A stretch of DNA of 64,000 nucleotides, taken from positions 192,001-256,000 of the forward strand of contig JBIJDH010000004.1 of assembly GCA_044344255.1 (NCBI GenBank). Reading direction: 5' to 3'. Every line of letters starts with the position of its first letter. Position 1 is the stretch's first letter. This document shows positions 1-14,333 of this stretch, one piece after another. The notes under the pieces were generated by a model. That model was not told the origin of the DNA. It saw only the letters and a program-made list of their open reading frames with translations, and made no database searches. The stretch is from Myxococcota bacterium. Its GTDB lineage: Bacteria; Myxococcota_A; UBA796; UBA2385. The translations under genes were made by a program, and so were the position numbers.

Positions 1-692
1 GCGCGGAGGGCGCGGAGCGTGGTGACGTCGCCCCGCTCCGCGGCCGCCGCCCAGGCCACGGTGAGCCGCGGGGCCACGTTGCTCAGCACCGAGATCACGC
101 CCTGGCCGCCCATCACCATCATCGCGGCGAAGGTGAAGTCGTCCCCCGACAGGATCGCCCGGTCGGTGAGCTCCATCAGGTCTTGCTGGTACTGGATCTC
201 GCCGGTCGCCTCCTTCACGCCCACCACGCCGGGGAGGTTGCACAGCTCCGCGAGCTGAGCCACGCTGCAGCGGAGGCCGGTGCGGCCGGGGATGTGGTAG
301 AGCACCAGCGGCAGGCCGACCTTTCGTGCGGCGTCGATGTGGGCGCGGAGCCCCGCCGGGTTCGGCTTGTTGTAGTAGGGGAAGACCACGAGCGCGGCGT
401 CCGCGCCGAGCCGCCGCGCGGCGGCGATGTTGGACACGGTCCGCGCGGTGCTGTTGGAGCCGCAGCCCGCGATGACGGGCACCCGGCCACGGCTGAGGCG
501 CACGGTCCGCGCGACGAGGTCGGCCCACTCGTCGTCCTCGAGGGTGGGCGCCTCACCGGTGGTGCCGCAGGGCACGAGGCCGTGGATGCCCGCCGCGATC
601 TGCCGCTCCAGCAGGGCGTCGAAGCTGGCGGTGTCGAGGGCGCCATCTTCGAAGGGCGTGACGAGGGCCGTGTAGACGCCGGACAGCCGCAT
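1..692 (-). CDS. dapA: 4-hydroxy-tetrahydrodipicolinate synthase (3' end outside window)
   Basis: Absent from ORF track because it runs off the edge. Translated by hand from ATG at 692 with AGGAGAGG RBS: MRLSGVYTALVTPFEDGALD...GLVPCGTTGE...PYYNKP...VLYHIPGRTG...VVGVKEATG...ILSGDD, which are DHDPS motifs. Confidence 0.95.
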   Translation of the reverse strand, partial: MRLSGVYTALVTPFEDGALDTASFDALLERQIAAGIHGLVPCGTTGEAPTLEDDEWADLVARTVRLSRGRVPVIAGCGSNSTARTVSNIAAARRLGADAALVVFPYYNKPNPAGLRAHIDAARKVGLPLVLYHIPGRTGLRCSVAQLAELCNLPGVVGVKEATGEIQYQQDLMELTDRAILSGDDFTFAAMMVMGGQGVISVLSNVAPRLTVAWAAAAERGDVTTLRALR

Positions 693-711
693 GGGGCCTC
701 TCCTGTCGGGT

Positions 712-737
712 GGTCCTAGAACTGGGTCCTAGAACTG
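712..737. repeat. 13-bp tandem duplication (GGTCCTAGAACTG x2) spanning the stop codon of the upstream gene
   Basis: Exact direct repeat at 712-724 and 725-737. Confidence 0.85.
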
Positions 738-2135
738 GATCGTGGCCGAGACCTTGCTGCCGAAGGTGGCCTTGTCGAAGGCCCCGTCGAAGGCGTCGGT
801 CTCGAACTGGCTGTAGAACTTCCCGGGCAGGAACAGCCCCCCGGTGCCCTTCACGGTGAAGTGGGCGTAGGGGCTGTACTGTACGCTGAGGTCGATCTCC
901 GATCCGTAGCCGGTGTCTGTCTTCGAGCTGGCGTCAGCCTTGGACTGGCGGGCCGCGATGTAGGAGAGGTCGCCGCGGAGGTTGTCGAGGAGCTGGTATC
1001 CGGCGCTCGGGCGGAGGAAGAGCGCGTTGGACACGCTGTAGCCGGTGCGGGCGTAGGCGGTGGTGCGCCCGCCGTTGTCGGCGTTGGACACGTCGGGCTC
1101 GAGCGTGGGCATCGGCTCTTCGAACATCATCAGGGCGACGTCGAAGTCGGGGTCAAAGGTGAAGGTGTGGACGTTCTTGTCAGCGAGGTCCTTGTCGCCG
1201 CCTGCGAAGCCGACGAGCGCGTTGAGGCGCACCTTCCCGGGGTTGAAGCCGAGGCGGAGGTTGCTGCCGAAGGCGCTCACCCGGAGGTCGTTGACGCCCT
1301 CATCGAGGTCACCCCCGCCCACCTGGGCGGCGAACTCGAGGTCGGCCGTGGCGGCGCCGAGCCGGGCGCTGGCCCAGATGTCACCGGTGTAGAGGCGGAA
1401 CTTGGACTCCACCCCCGCGTCGTCGGTGAGCTTGCGCCAGCGGTAGGTGTGGTAGGTGCCGACGCCGACCTGCTCGTTCTGGTAGTAGACCGCGCCGACG
1501 AGGGCCCGATAGTCATCGGGCTCGCTGAGGAAGCCCTCGTAGCGGTTCTCGTAGCCGCCGAGGATGTAGACATCCTTGGCCTTGCCCGTGAACTGGATGC
1601 GATCGGCGGTGTCGCCGAAGTCGGAGTCGGGGGTGTTGCCGGCGTTGAAGACCATCCCGGTGCCCCACTCGACCGGCACGCGGCCGAAGCGGAGCTGGCC
1701 CACCGGGGTCTGCAGCTCACCCCACAGGCGAGTGACCTGGATGTTCTGCAGCGTGCTGCCGCCGTCTTCGGTGGTGGGGGAGGTGAGGGACTCGGCGTAG
1801 ACGACCGGCTCGACCTCCCCGGTGACGGGGTCGGTGCGCTGGGTGGGCTGCTCGCCGAACTTCACGAAGGGCAGCAGATCGACCTGGGTGAAGAGGCCGA
1901 CCTTGTCGCTCAGCAGGAAGCCGGGCTGGAGGCGGAGGTGGTGGTCCCAGTACCAGGCGGCGCCCTCGGGCTGCAGGCCGGTGGCGGGGCTGTCGTCCGA
2001 GAGGGAGAGAGAGTTGAAGCCGTAGCCAGTGGCTCGGTAGTAGCCGTCCCAGACGACCTCCGCAGCGGCGGCGGTGGGCGCGAAGCTGAGGCCGAGGAGG
2101 AGCAGGGGCCAGCGAAGATGAGTGCGGATCGACAA
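729..2135 (-). CDS. Outer-membrane beta-barrel protein (porin/alginate-export-like)
   Basis: Signal peptide ([19 protein letters not shown]), alternating amphipathic strands, [14 protein letters not shown] and GYGSEIDL motifs, C-terminal Phe. TTG start at 2135 is inferred; the ORF track starts at 2210. Confidence 0.7.
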   Translation of the reverse strand: MSIRTHLRWPLLLLGLSFAPTAAAAEVVWDGYYRATGYGFNSLSLSDDSPATGLQPEGAAWYWDHHLRLQPGFLLSDKVGLFTQVDLLPFVKFGEQPTQRTDPVTGEVEPVVYAESLTSPTTEDGGSTLQNIQVTRLWGELQTPVGQLRFGRVPVEWGTGMVFNAGNTPDSDFGDTADRIQFTGKAKDVYILGGYENRYEGFLSEPDDYRALVGAVYYQNEQVGVGTYHTYRWRKLTDDAGVESKFRLYTGDIWASARLGAATADLEFAAQVGGGDLDEGVNDLRVSAFGSNLRLGFNPGKVRLNALVGFAGGDKDLADKNVHTFTFDPDFDVALMMFEEPMPTLEPDVSNADNGGRTTAYARTGYSVSNALFLRPSAGYQLLDNLRGDLSYIAARQSKADASSKTDTGYGSEIDLSVQYSPYAHFTVKGTGGLFLPGKFYSQFETDAFDGAFDKATFGSKVSATIQF

Positions 2136-2277
2136 GGCCCGAGCCTCCCGGGGAGTGGGGCGCTGGCCTAGCACGGGCTCCCCCGTACGGCAAAGCGCAG
2201 ACCGGGCCAAACCCCGGTCCGTCCCGGTTTCGTCCCGCCCGAGCCCAGCCCCGGGGAAGGGAGGGAGCGCGGCCGCT

Positions 2278-3711
2278 TCAGCGGGCGCCGACCCCGAAGA
2301 GCACGACGGGCACGGTGCGGAGGAGGAGCTTGACGTCGAGCAGCAGGGACCAGTTGTCGATGTACTCGAGGTCGAGCTTCATCCAGGTCTCAAAGTCGAT
2401 GTTGTTGCGGCCCGAGACCTGCCAGATGCAGGTGATGCCGGGCTTCATCGAGAGGCGACGGAGCTGCCACCGCTCGTACTTCTCGGTCTCGGCCGGCAGC
2501 GGCGGGCGCGGGCCGACGAGGCTCATCTCGCCGATGAACACGTTCCAGAACTGCGGCAGCTCGTCGATGCTGGTCTTGCGGATGAAGGCGCCGAAGCGGG
2601 TGATTCGAGGGTCTGCGGCGATCTTGAAGACCGGGCCGCTCATCTCGTTCATGTGCTCGAGCTCGCGCCGTCGGGCCTCGGCGTCGATCACCATGCTCCG
2701 GAATTTGAGCATCTTGAAGCGTCGCCCGTAGAGCCCCGAGCGCTCCTGGGCGAAGAGCACCGGGCCGCGGTCCTGGTACTTGACGACGGCGGCCACCCCG
2801 ATGAAGACCGGGGTGAGCGCGAGCAAGGCGAGGCCGGAGAGCACCACGTCCATCATGCGCTTGACGGCGAGGGCGGTGGTGTCGGTGGGGGTGGCGGAGA
2901 AGGTGAGCACGCCCGAGCCGTCGAAGTCGTCGAGCTGCACGCGGGCGGTCTTCAGGCCGAGGAAGTTCGCGTCCATCGAGAAACGAACGCCAAGCTCCTC
3001 GCAAGAGTCTGCGATGAAGCGGAGAGACTCGACGTCCCAGGTGCGCCCGGTGAGGAAGACCTGATCGACCGTCTCTCGTTCGAGGACGCGGGGGAGATCG
3101 GGCAGCGCGCCGAGGATCGGCAGGGGCGAAGTGATGCGCCCCTGATCGACCCAGATGAAGCCGATCACCCGGATGCCCCAGTGCTGATGCCGCTCGAGGG
3201 CCGAGATCAGCGGCCGGGCCTCGCTCGCGTTGCCGACGATGAGCAGGTTCCAGCTCCCGGACTTGGCCAACCACCGGCGCATCGCGTGGTTGAGGGCGAG
3301 CCGAGCCAGGAAGACGGTGGGCGCGTTGACCGCCGTGAAGGCCGCGACCAGCGATCGACTCGCGAAGTCGATGCGCAGCGTGAACAAGACCCCCATGAAC
3401 AAGAGGGTCGCGAGGACAGTCGCCTTGCTGATCTGCCAGAAGAGCTCGCGCTGGGGGGTGCGGCGAGGGTCCTCGTAGGTGCGCATGCGCCGCAGGGCGA
3501 GCAGCATGGCGCCCACGATGAAGACGACCAGCGTGGCGTGGCGGCCGACGGACAGGCCCTGGAAGATGGAGGGGCCGGGGAAGAGATCGAAGGTCCAGAT
3601 GTCACGAAACCAAGCTCGAAGCCAGGAGAGCCCGATCCAGGTGGTCGCGACTACCGCCGCGTCCGTGGCCGCGGCGGCGATGCGGTAGTTCATGAGTCGG
3701 TCGCGAAACAA
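2278..3711 (-). CDS. Polyprenyl glycosylphosphotransferase (WcaJ/CpsE-type priming sugar transferase)
   Basis: N-terminal TM helices, central Rossmann-like region, C-terminal KRMMDV...KFRSM...[36 protein letters not shown]...KPGIT..WQV.GRN...DLEYIDNWS. Start is TTG 3711 or ATG 3693. Confidence 0.93.
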   Translation of the reverse strand: MFRDRLMNYRIAAAATDAAVVATTWIGLSWLRAWFRDIWTFDLFPGPSIFQGLSVGRHATLVVFIVGAMLLALRRMRTYEDPRRTPQRELFWQISKATVLATLLFMGVLFTLRIDFASRSLVAAFTAVNAPTVFLARLALNHAMRRWLAKSGSWNLLIVGNASEARPLISALERHQHWGIRVIGFIWVDQGRITSPLPILGALPDLPRVLERETVDQVFLTGRTWDVESLRFIADSCEELGVRFSMDANFLGLKTARVQLDDFDGSGVLTFSATPTDTTALAVKRMMDVVLSGLALLALTPVFIGVAAVVKYQDRGPVLFAQERSGLYGRRFKMLKFRSMVIDAEARRRELEHMNEMSGPVFKIAADPRITRFGAFIRKTSIDELPQFWNVFIGEMSLVGPRPPLPAETEKYERWQLRRLSMKPGITCIWQVSGRNNIDFETWMKLDLEYIDNWSLLLDVKLLLRTVPVVLFGVGAR

Positions 3712-3886
3712 GGCCCCCCCGTGAGACCTGAAGGTAGCCCCGCAGTGTAGACGGTGCACCGGGTCTCGCTTGACGTGGCGGTAAAAATGCGTCACCCAGG
3801 ACCGCGAGCCGGGCACCGCCGCCGACCTGGGGGCTGGGTGTCTCGGCGCCGCCGAGCGGCCCCACGGTCGGGCAGCCAGGAGGGGA

Positions 3887-4750
3887 GTGATGACGCAGCA
3901 GAGGGACAGCGGGGGCGCCTTCTCCGTGGGAAGCCGGGGGCTCCACGCGGTGCCGGTCGGGGGAGGCGCCCCGTTGGTGCTGATCGCCGGCCCCTGTGTG
4001 ATCGAGAGCGAGGAGGGGGTCAACCGGGTCGCCGAAGCCCTCGTGGCGCTCTGCGGGCGGCTCGGCCTGCCGCTCATCTTCAAGGCCAGCTTCGACAAGG
4101 CCAACCGGAGCTCGCTCGACGCCTTCCGAGGCCCCGGTCTCATCGAAGGGATGCGGATCCTGGGAGACCTGCGCGCGCGGCTGCGGCTCCCGGTCACGAC
4201 GGACATCCACGCGCCCGATCAGGCCGCACCGGTCGCTGAGGTGGTCGACCTGCTGCAGATCCCCGCCTTCCTCTGCCGGCAGACTGACCTGCTGGTCGCC
4301 GCGGCAGCCACCGGCGCGCCGGTCAACCTCAAGAAGGGGCAGTTCGTCGCCCCGGTCGACATGGGGCCGGCCCTCCATAAGCTCCGGGCCTCCGGCGCGG
4401 GGGGGGTGATGCTCACCGAGCGCGGCGCCACCTTCGGTTACCGCGATCTTGTGGTCGACATGCGCGCGCTCCCCACCCTGCGCGGCCTCGGCGCGCCGGT
4501 CTGCTTCGACGCGACCCACTCTGTCCAGCAGCCCGGGGCCCTCGGGGACCGGACGGGCGGGCGACGCGACCTCGTCCCCACCCTCGCCCGCGCCGCCGCC
4601 GCCGTCGGCATCGACGCCCTCTTCATGGAGGTGCACGAAGATCCCGACCGCGCCTTGTCCGACGGGCCCAATATGGTGCCGCTGGCCGAGCTCGAAGCCC
4701 TGCTCCGCGCCGTGATGGCCGTCGATCAGGCCGTCCGCGCCAACCCGTGA
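3887..4750 (+). CDS. kdsA: KDO8P synthase (2-dehydro-3-deoxyphosphooctonate aldolase)
   Basis: [83 protein letters not shown]. Confidence 0.97.
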   Translation: MMTQQRDSGGAFSVGSRGLHAVPVGGGAPLVLIAGPCVIESEEGVNRVAEALVALCGRLGLPLIFKASFDKANRSSLDAFRGPGLIEGMRILGDLRARLRLPVTTDIHAPDQAAPVAEVVDLLQIPAFLCRQTDLLVAAAATGAPVNLKKGQFVAPVDMGPALHKLRASGAGGVMLTERGATFGYRDLVVDMRALPTLRGLGAPVCFDATHSVQQPGALGDRTGGRRDLVPTLARAAAAVGIDALFMEVHEDPDRALSDGPNMVPLAELEALLRAVMAVDQAVRANP

Positions 4751-4762
4751 GCCCGGGTTCGC

Positions 4763-5347
4763 TCAGGCCTGGACGGGGCGGCCCTTCGCGTCGTTGATCG
4801 CCGGGTACTTCGACGGATCGTCGGTCCAATGGATGCAGGTGACCGGACAGGCGTCGATCGCGTCTTGGATGAGGTCCATCGCCCCCTCCTGCCGGTAGGC
4901 GACGGCCTTGGCGTCATCGGGGAGGACGAAGACGGCGTCGGTGTTCTCGACGCATGTGCCACAATTGATACACTCCCACTGGTCTACGATGAGCGTGAGG
5001 CCGGCTGCCTTGGCGCGGGCCGACTCGTTGTCGATCGGGCCCCAGTAGAGGCCGCCGTCTTCGGCCTGCCGGAGCCCGCCCACGGCGGGGGCGCCCTTGG
5101 CCCCGGAGGTGAAGGAGGCGGCCCGTGGGGCCGGCGGCGCGGCGACCACCGGCGCGACGACGACGGGCGCGACGATGACGGGCGCGACGACGACGGGTGC
5201 GACGACCACCGGCGCGACGACCACGGGCGCGACGGGGCGCACCGTGGGGACGGGCGCTGGCGGCGGGGCCGGCGCCGCTGGGCGAGGCGCGGGTGCGGCG
5301 CGGCCGAGCGCGCTGTTCAGCCTGTCTTTGACGAGCTTGCGGAGCAT
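4763..5347 (-). CDS. Single-cluster ferredoxin with Pro/Val-rich N-terminal extension
   Basis: CINCGTC...AIDACPVTCIHW in the C-terminal ~70 aa, preceded by (APVVV)n low-complexity sequence. Confidence 0.85.
   Translation of the reverse strand: MLRKLVKDRLNSALGRAAPAPRPAAPAPPPAPVPTVRPVAPVVVAPVVVAPVVVAPVIVAPVVVAPVVAAPPAPRAASFTSGAKGAPAVGGLRQAEDGGLYWGPIDNESARAKAAGLTLIVDQWECINCGTCVENTDAVFVLPDDAKAVAYRQEGAMDLIQDAIDACPVTCIHWTDDPSKYPAINDAKGRPVQA
5136..5234. repeat. 15-bp coding tandem repeat (~6.5 units) encoding APVVV
   Basis: Units of GGCGCGACGACGACG with small variations. Confidence 0.9.
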
Positions 5348-5447
5348 GGGTCACCCGGGGCGGCGTTAACCCGATGGGTCGGCAGGACCAGCCCGCCCGT
5401 GGTCCGGCGCTCAGGCGCAGGTGCTCGACCCACCGTTCCGAGGGACC

Positions 5448-5861
5448 TCAGCGCGGCGGCGCCACCCGCCGCCAGTCGTCGGTGTGGAGCCGCACGAGGC
5501 GCCGGCGGGCCACGTCGGCGGCGGACTGGGTGTAGATCCAGGCGGGTACTCGATCCTCACCCACCCACACCGTCACCCGCTCGCGGATGTAGAGCCCGTC
5601 CGCGACGCCCTCGAAGTGGTCGAGCACGCTCAGCAGGCCCGCCTGCGGCAGGCGCACGAGCTCCCCCTGGATGGCGGTGGCGCTGGGATCGGGCACCAGG
5701 ACGGGGTATCCGGCGGGCAGGCGGAAGAGCCGGCCAGGGAGGCGGGCGGGTCGCACGGGCATCCCGGCGAGGTAGCCCTCGTTTGGCTGGCCCCGCATGA
5801 GGCTCCCGTAGACGAAGAGATCGAGCAGCTGCGATGATCGGGCGGGGGCGGCCGGGCGCAT
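5448..5861 (-). CDS. Gamma-glutamylcyclotransferase (AIG2/GGCT-like)
   Basis: LFVYGSLMRG.PN, GYPVLV, IQGELV, LDHFEG...LYIRERV, AWIY. Start at ATG 5861 is inferred. Confidence 0.9.
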   Translation of the reverse strand: MRPAAPARSSQLLDLFVYGSLMRGQPNEGYLAGMPVRPARLPGRLFRLPAGYPVLVPDPSATAIQGELVRLPQAGLLSVLDHFEGVADGLYIRERVTVWVGEDRVPAWIYTQSAADVARRRLVRLHTDDWRRVAPPR

Positions 5862-5923
5862 CGATGGACTCCGAGCCGGGGATCCCCGGGAAGAGATGCT
5901 CAGGTAATGCATCAAGGGCTGGG

Positions 5924-5952
5924 TTGACAGGTCCCCCTGAACAGCCTAGAAT
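5924..5952 (+). promoter_or_regulatory. Sigma70-type promoter for the 6008 gene/ligA unit
   Basis: TTGACA (5924-5929), 17-bp spacer, TAGAAT (5947-5952), 55 bp upstream of ATG 6008. Confidence 0.8.
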
Positions 5953-6007
5953 CGGCGTTGCTGCTCGCCCGGCCGATTCGGAGGTCGTGGCCGCTGAGGG
6001 AGGGTCC

Positions 6008-7015
6008 ATGTCGCGCTTAGCCCGTCGCATCCGGATCGGTGTCCGCCGCGAAGAGCCAAGGGTAGACGCTGAACAGCGCGCGATTGACGCCGCGCTGCGC
6101 GGCCGCACGGCGCGGAAGGTGCGCGCGCACCTCCGCCGGATGGAGTCCCTCGTGGTGCTCGCCCCCCGCTGGAGCGCCACCAGCCAGTTCCTCGAAGATC
6201 TCGCCCTTGACCTCGCGGTCGGCGAGCCGGCGGTCGGCTGCCGCACCGTCAGCTTTCGGCCCCTCAAGGGCCGGAGCGTGGCCGAGGCCTGGCAGTTCAC
6301 GCTCCAGATCTTCGGTCAGCTCGGTCACCGCGGCTGGCGGCCGAGCAGCCTGCCCACGGTGGCCGATCGCCGCGGCTTCCGCTGGGCGATGGAGCAGCTC
6401 CTCGAGGAGGCCCACCGGGGCAGCCGCCACCGTGTCGCCCTGCTCGCCCACGGCGCCGAGCACCTGCCGATGGAGATCACCGAAGATCTCACCGCCGTCT
6501 GGGGCGACTACGTGGGCCGCCACCCGGAGGGCCGGCGCTGCGCGGTCCTGCTCAGCGGCGCCTCCTCGGCGCGCTGGCTCAGCATCGGGGACGCCCCCCG
6601 CATCGAGCTCACCGACTTTGGGGAGGGGGAGGCCGCGGCGGCGATCGTCGGCCGGGCCGGCCCCCTGCCGATGCGCCAGCTCGAGCTCGCCGTGCGCTTC
6701 TCCGGTGGGGTCCCCGGCCTCGTCGAGGCCCTCGGTCGCGAGGCCCGCAGCTCCGGGCGCCTGCCCATGCGGCGGGAGGAGCTCCTCGGCTGCCTCGGCC
6801 CGCTGGGCGTCGAGATGCGGAGCGCCGTCGACATCGTCGCCGCGCACGATGAGCTCTCCGATCGGCTCCAAGAGCTGCTCCCGGGCGAGCCGATCCCCGA
6901 AGTGGAAGAGGTGGACACCCCGCTCGTGCTCGCCGGCCTCGTCCGTCGCGTCCGCGGGGGGCTCGAGCCCCACGTCACGCTGCGCGCCCCGGCCATCGCC
7001 GCCCTCGTCGGCTGA
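6008..7015 (+). CDS. Hypothetical protein; degenerate AAA/STAND-like P-loop fold
   Basis: GAGGGAGGG RBS. VVLAPRWSATS at the Walker A position, VALLAHGAEHL at the Walker B position, then IELTDF and SGGVPGLV (GxP motif). Confidence 0.65.
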   Translation: MSRLARRIRIGVRREEPRVDAEQRAIDAALRGRTARKVRAHLRRMESLVVLAPRWSATSQFLEDLALDLAVGEPAVGCRTVSFRPLKGRSVAEAWQFTLQIFGQLGHRGWRPSSLPTVADRRGFRWAMEQLLEEAHRGSRHRVALLAHGAEHLPMEITEDLTAVWGDYVGRHPEGRRCAVLLSGASSARWLSIGDAPRIELTDFGEGEAAAAIVGRAGPLPMRQLELAVRFSGGVPGLVEALGREARSSGRLPMRREELLGCLGPLGVEMRSAVDIVAAHDELSDRLQELLPGEPIPEVEEVDTPLVLAGLVRRVRGGLEPHVTLRAPAIAALVG

Positions 7016-9484
<2,469 letters not shown>

Positions 9485-9504
<20 letters not shown>

Positions 9505-10348
9505 CCCCCCGTCATCCTTCCGCGGTCGCCTCGCCCGGCGAGGCCTCGGTCTGCTGGGGCTGGCGGCGCTAGCCGGCGGCTGCGCCGAGCCCCAGAGCGT
9601 CCTCCTGCCGCGGCTGCTCGAGGCCTGGAGCCAGGAGGCCGCCGACATCGCCTCGCCCTCGGTCACCGCCGCCCTCGTCATGGGCGGCCTCGCGACCGAT
9701 CTCTGCGTGCGGGCCACCACGGGCACCGCCGAGGCCTTCGTCGTCGGTCAGCCGCCCCCCCTCGATCCGCTGCTGGTCGCTGCGATGGGCGATCCCGTGG
9801 TGGCCTCTCTCGAGACCTTCGGCAACGGCTCGATCGAGGTGCTGCTCATCGGCGTCTCGATCATGGATCGGGAGAGCGCGACGGTGCGGTATGTCACCAC
9901 GCCCGGCGCGGGGAGCTTCTCGGTCGAGGCCGTCACCATGGACGGCAAGCTCTCCGACGAAGACGTGATCTCCGGCACTCCCTTCGGCCGCATCGCGGTG
10001 ACGGTCGACAACGACTGCCAGCCGGGCTCGAACCGGGTGCAGGGCAGCGCCAAGTGGACCGACCTCGCGGGGCGCGCCCAGGCGGTGGAGATGCCCGCCG
10101 AGGAGTCCCTGTCGCAGGGCGTCGGCTTCGGCACCGACCCGCCTTGGATCCCGGCGGTCGGCACCCTCTCTTGGACCGGCCGCCTCGAGGATCAGGACCG
10201 CACCGTCACCACCATCGACGCCGCCGACATCGTCGTCGAGGAGACCACCGAGGTGGTGCCGGAGGCCATCTGGCCCGCCACCACCCTCGGGGAGGCCGAC
10301 CAGGGGGAGGAGTGGGAGCAGGCCTCGACCCTGTGGATCTCGCCCTGA
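9485..10348 (+). CDS. Hypothetical lipoprotein
   Basis: Basic n-region, hydrophobic stretch and lipobox LAGGC; genome-typical codon usage; start uncertain. Confidence 0.65.
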
Positions 10349-10376
10349 TCGGCCACGCCGGCCGCCCAACGACCGC

Positions 10377-11135
10377 TCAGTCGCGCTTGCGGCCCACGTG
10401 GAGCCCGAGGGGGTAGCGCACGCTCTTCAACATGCCGAGCAAGGCCATGATCTCCTCGGACTCGAGATCGGCGCGGCCGAGCAGCCGGAACATCGTGCTC
10501 TGAACCTGCTCGGCGCTCCGCCCCTTGAGGTAGCCGGTGTGCTCCAGCACCTCCATTGCCTCTCGGGTGACCCGGTCGCGGTGCTCCGCCGGGGCGCGCG
10601 GGGCGCGGGGCGGCGCCGTCGCCGAGCGCGCGACGGAGGCCGCGGCGGCGAGCGAGGCCGCGCAGACGGTCACCGCCTGGCCGAGGTTCAGAGAGGCGTG
10701 GCCGGCGGTGGGCAGCACGAGCATCGCGTCCACCCGCAGCAAGTCCTCATTCGAGAGGCCGCTGTCCTCCGGGCCGAAGAGGATCGCGGTGGGGACCGGC
10801 GCCGCCAGCAGCGTGCCTTGCAGCTCGGACGGCCCCCAACGTGGCCAGGTCCAGCGCCGCCAGCGCCCGGAGGTGGCGACGACGCGCTCGCGATCCGCGA
10901 CCGCCTCGGCGACGGTGCGGACAAAGCGGGCCTGATCGATCACCTCGTGGGCACCTGGGGCCATCCAGCGGGCCCGCTCGGGGTCGAAGCCCGGGGGATC
11001 GACCAGCACGAGGCGGCCGAGGCCGTGGTTGGCGATCGCGCGTGCCGCGGTGCCCACATTGGAGGGCTGCTGGGGGCGGACGAGCACGATGGAGACGTGA
11101 TCGAGGGGCCCCCCTTCGGGGCCGAGCGCCGTCAC
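10377..11135 (-). CDS. trmJ: SPOUT RNA methyltransferase, TrmJ/LasT family
   Basis: IVLVRPQQPSNVGTAARAIANHG, ILFGPEDSGLSNEDL, SLNLGQAV. Confidence 0.88.
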   Translation of the reverse strand: MTALGPEGGPLDHVSIVLVRPQQPSNVGTAARAIANHGLGRLVLVDPPGFDPERARWMAPGAHEVIDQARFVRTVAEAVADRERVVATSGRWRRWTWPRWGPSELQGTLLAAPVPTAILFGPEDSGLSNEDLLRVDAMLVLPTAGHASLNLGQAVTVCAASLAAAASVARSATAPPRAPRAPAEHRDRVTREAMEVLEHTGYLKGRSAEQVQSTMFRLLGRADLESEEIMALLGMLKSVRYPLGLHVGRKRD

Positions 11136-11136
11136 C

Positions 11137-13029
<1,893 letters not shown>

Positions 13030-13105
13030 GAACCAAACCCACCAGCTTTTAGGCCGGCTGCGAGGGGATGCCCCTGCAAGCCGACAGGGTCTACGAAAGT
13101 ATGGC

Positions 13106-14293
13106 CTAAGTCGTGCTCCCGCCTTTCGCCACCAGCAGGATCTTCGCATCCTGACGGTCTCTGCTCCGCTCCACCGCGCTCGCCGCTCGAGAGAGGGGGA
13201 GGCGACAGCTCACCATCTCACGGATGGGGAGGCGGTCGTGGGCGAGGAGCCGGAGGATGTGGGGGAAGACCCCACCCCCCGCGTGCCCTCGCGCGCCTAC
13301 GATACAGGAGGCGAGCGAGACAAGCACGTCCAGCATCACCGGCGCCCGCTCGCCGGTGCGGCCGAGGTAGACGACCTTCCCGGCCGGCGCGAGGCCGCGC
13401 TCGATCCAGGGGAGCGTTTGTGTGGCGGCTCCTGCGGCCTCCACCACCATGTCGGCCCCCCAGCCGGCGCTGATCCGGCGGAGCTCCTCGGCGGGATCGC
13501 CCCCGCCCGCGAGCAGGGCGCCGAGATCGATCGCCTCGTCAGCGCCGAGCTGGCGGGCGACCGCGAGGCGGGGGTTGGAGTAGTCCCAGGCTTGGATCGT
13601 CGCTGCCCCTGCGGCCCGGGCGAGGGCGATCGCGCCGAGGCCGATCGGGCCGCAGCCGAAGACCACGACGTGGCTCCCCGGGAGCATGCCGCCCGCGGCG
13701 ATGAACATGCCGTTGAAGGCGCAGCCGACCGGCTCGACGAGGCTCGCCAACTCGCAGGCGACCTCGGCGCTGCCCACCCGTTCGGCCAGCGGGTTGATCG
13801 TCCAGCAGTGCTTCTCGTGCACGGTGATCAGATCCGCATAGGCGCCTGGGCTGGAGAAGCCCACCATGTCGAGGCGGATGCACTGGTTGAACAGACCCTT
13901 TCGGCAGGCTTCGCAGACCCCGCAGTAGAGCATGCCTTCGGCGGTGACGAGGTCGCCGCGGGAGAGAGCTCGGACACCAGGGCCGACCGCCACCACCTCT
14001 CCGGCGTACTCGTGGCCGAGGACGCAGGGGAAGCGGGCGGGGCCCGAGAAGCGGACGTAGCCCTCGGCGTCGGTCTCGAGGCAGTGGGTGTCGGAGCCGC
14101 AGACCCCGCAGACCCTCACCGCCACCACCACCTCGCCGGGCCCGGGGGTCGGATCCGGCAGCGTGATCGACTCGAGGCGGGGCCGGCGCCAGACCTGGCT
14201 GGCCATGCGGGCCTTCTGGCTCCGCAGTTCGTCTTCGGTGACCCGATAGCCCTCTCGGGGCGCCCAGTCGGCCAGGAGCTGCACGGCGTTCAT
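13106..14293 (-). CDS. Zn-dependent MDR dehydrogenase resembling scyllo-inosose 3-dehydrogenase (IolM)
   Basis: CGVCGSD, LGHEYAG, CGVCEAC...C structural zinc site, GCGPIG. The N-terminal extension (ADWAPR...SQVWR.P) and TDAEGYV.F.G...FP resemble Thermotoga IolM as I recall it. Confidence 0.8.
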   Translation of the reverse strand: MNAVQLLADWAPREGYRVTEDELRSQKARMASQVWRRPRLESITLPDPTPGPGEVVVAVRVCGVCGSDTHCLETDAEGYVRFSGPARFPCVLGHEYAGEVVAVGPGVRALSRGDLVTAEGMLYCGVCEACRKGLFNQCIRLDMVGFSSPGAYADLITVHEKHCWTINPLAERVGSAEVACELASLVEPVGCAFNGMFIAAGGMLPGSHVVVFGCGPIGLGAIALARAAGAATIQAWDYSNPRLAVARQLGADEAIDLGALLAGGGDPAEELRRISAGWGADMVVEAAGAATQTLPWIERGLAPAGKVVYLGRTGERAPVMLDVLVSLASCIVGARGHAGGGVFPHILRLLAHDRLPIREMVSCRLPLSRAASAVERSRDRQDAKILLVAKGGSTT

Positions 14294-14333
14294 GGCGGGT
14301 AGCCTAGGCGCGGCGGAGCCCGATGTCGAGGGG

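Noticed and set aside
3771..3794. ops/JUMPstart-like GGCGGTA and a TGACG-N14-CGTCA inverted repeat between the sugar transferase and kdsA
   Set aside because: Does not match GGCGGTAGnnTG, and 5-bp arms are expected by chance.
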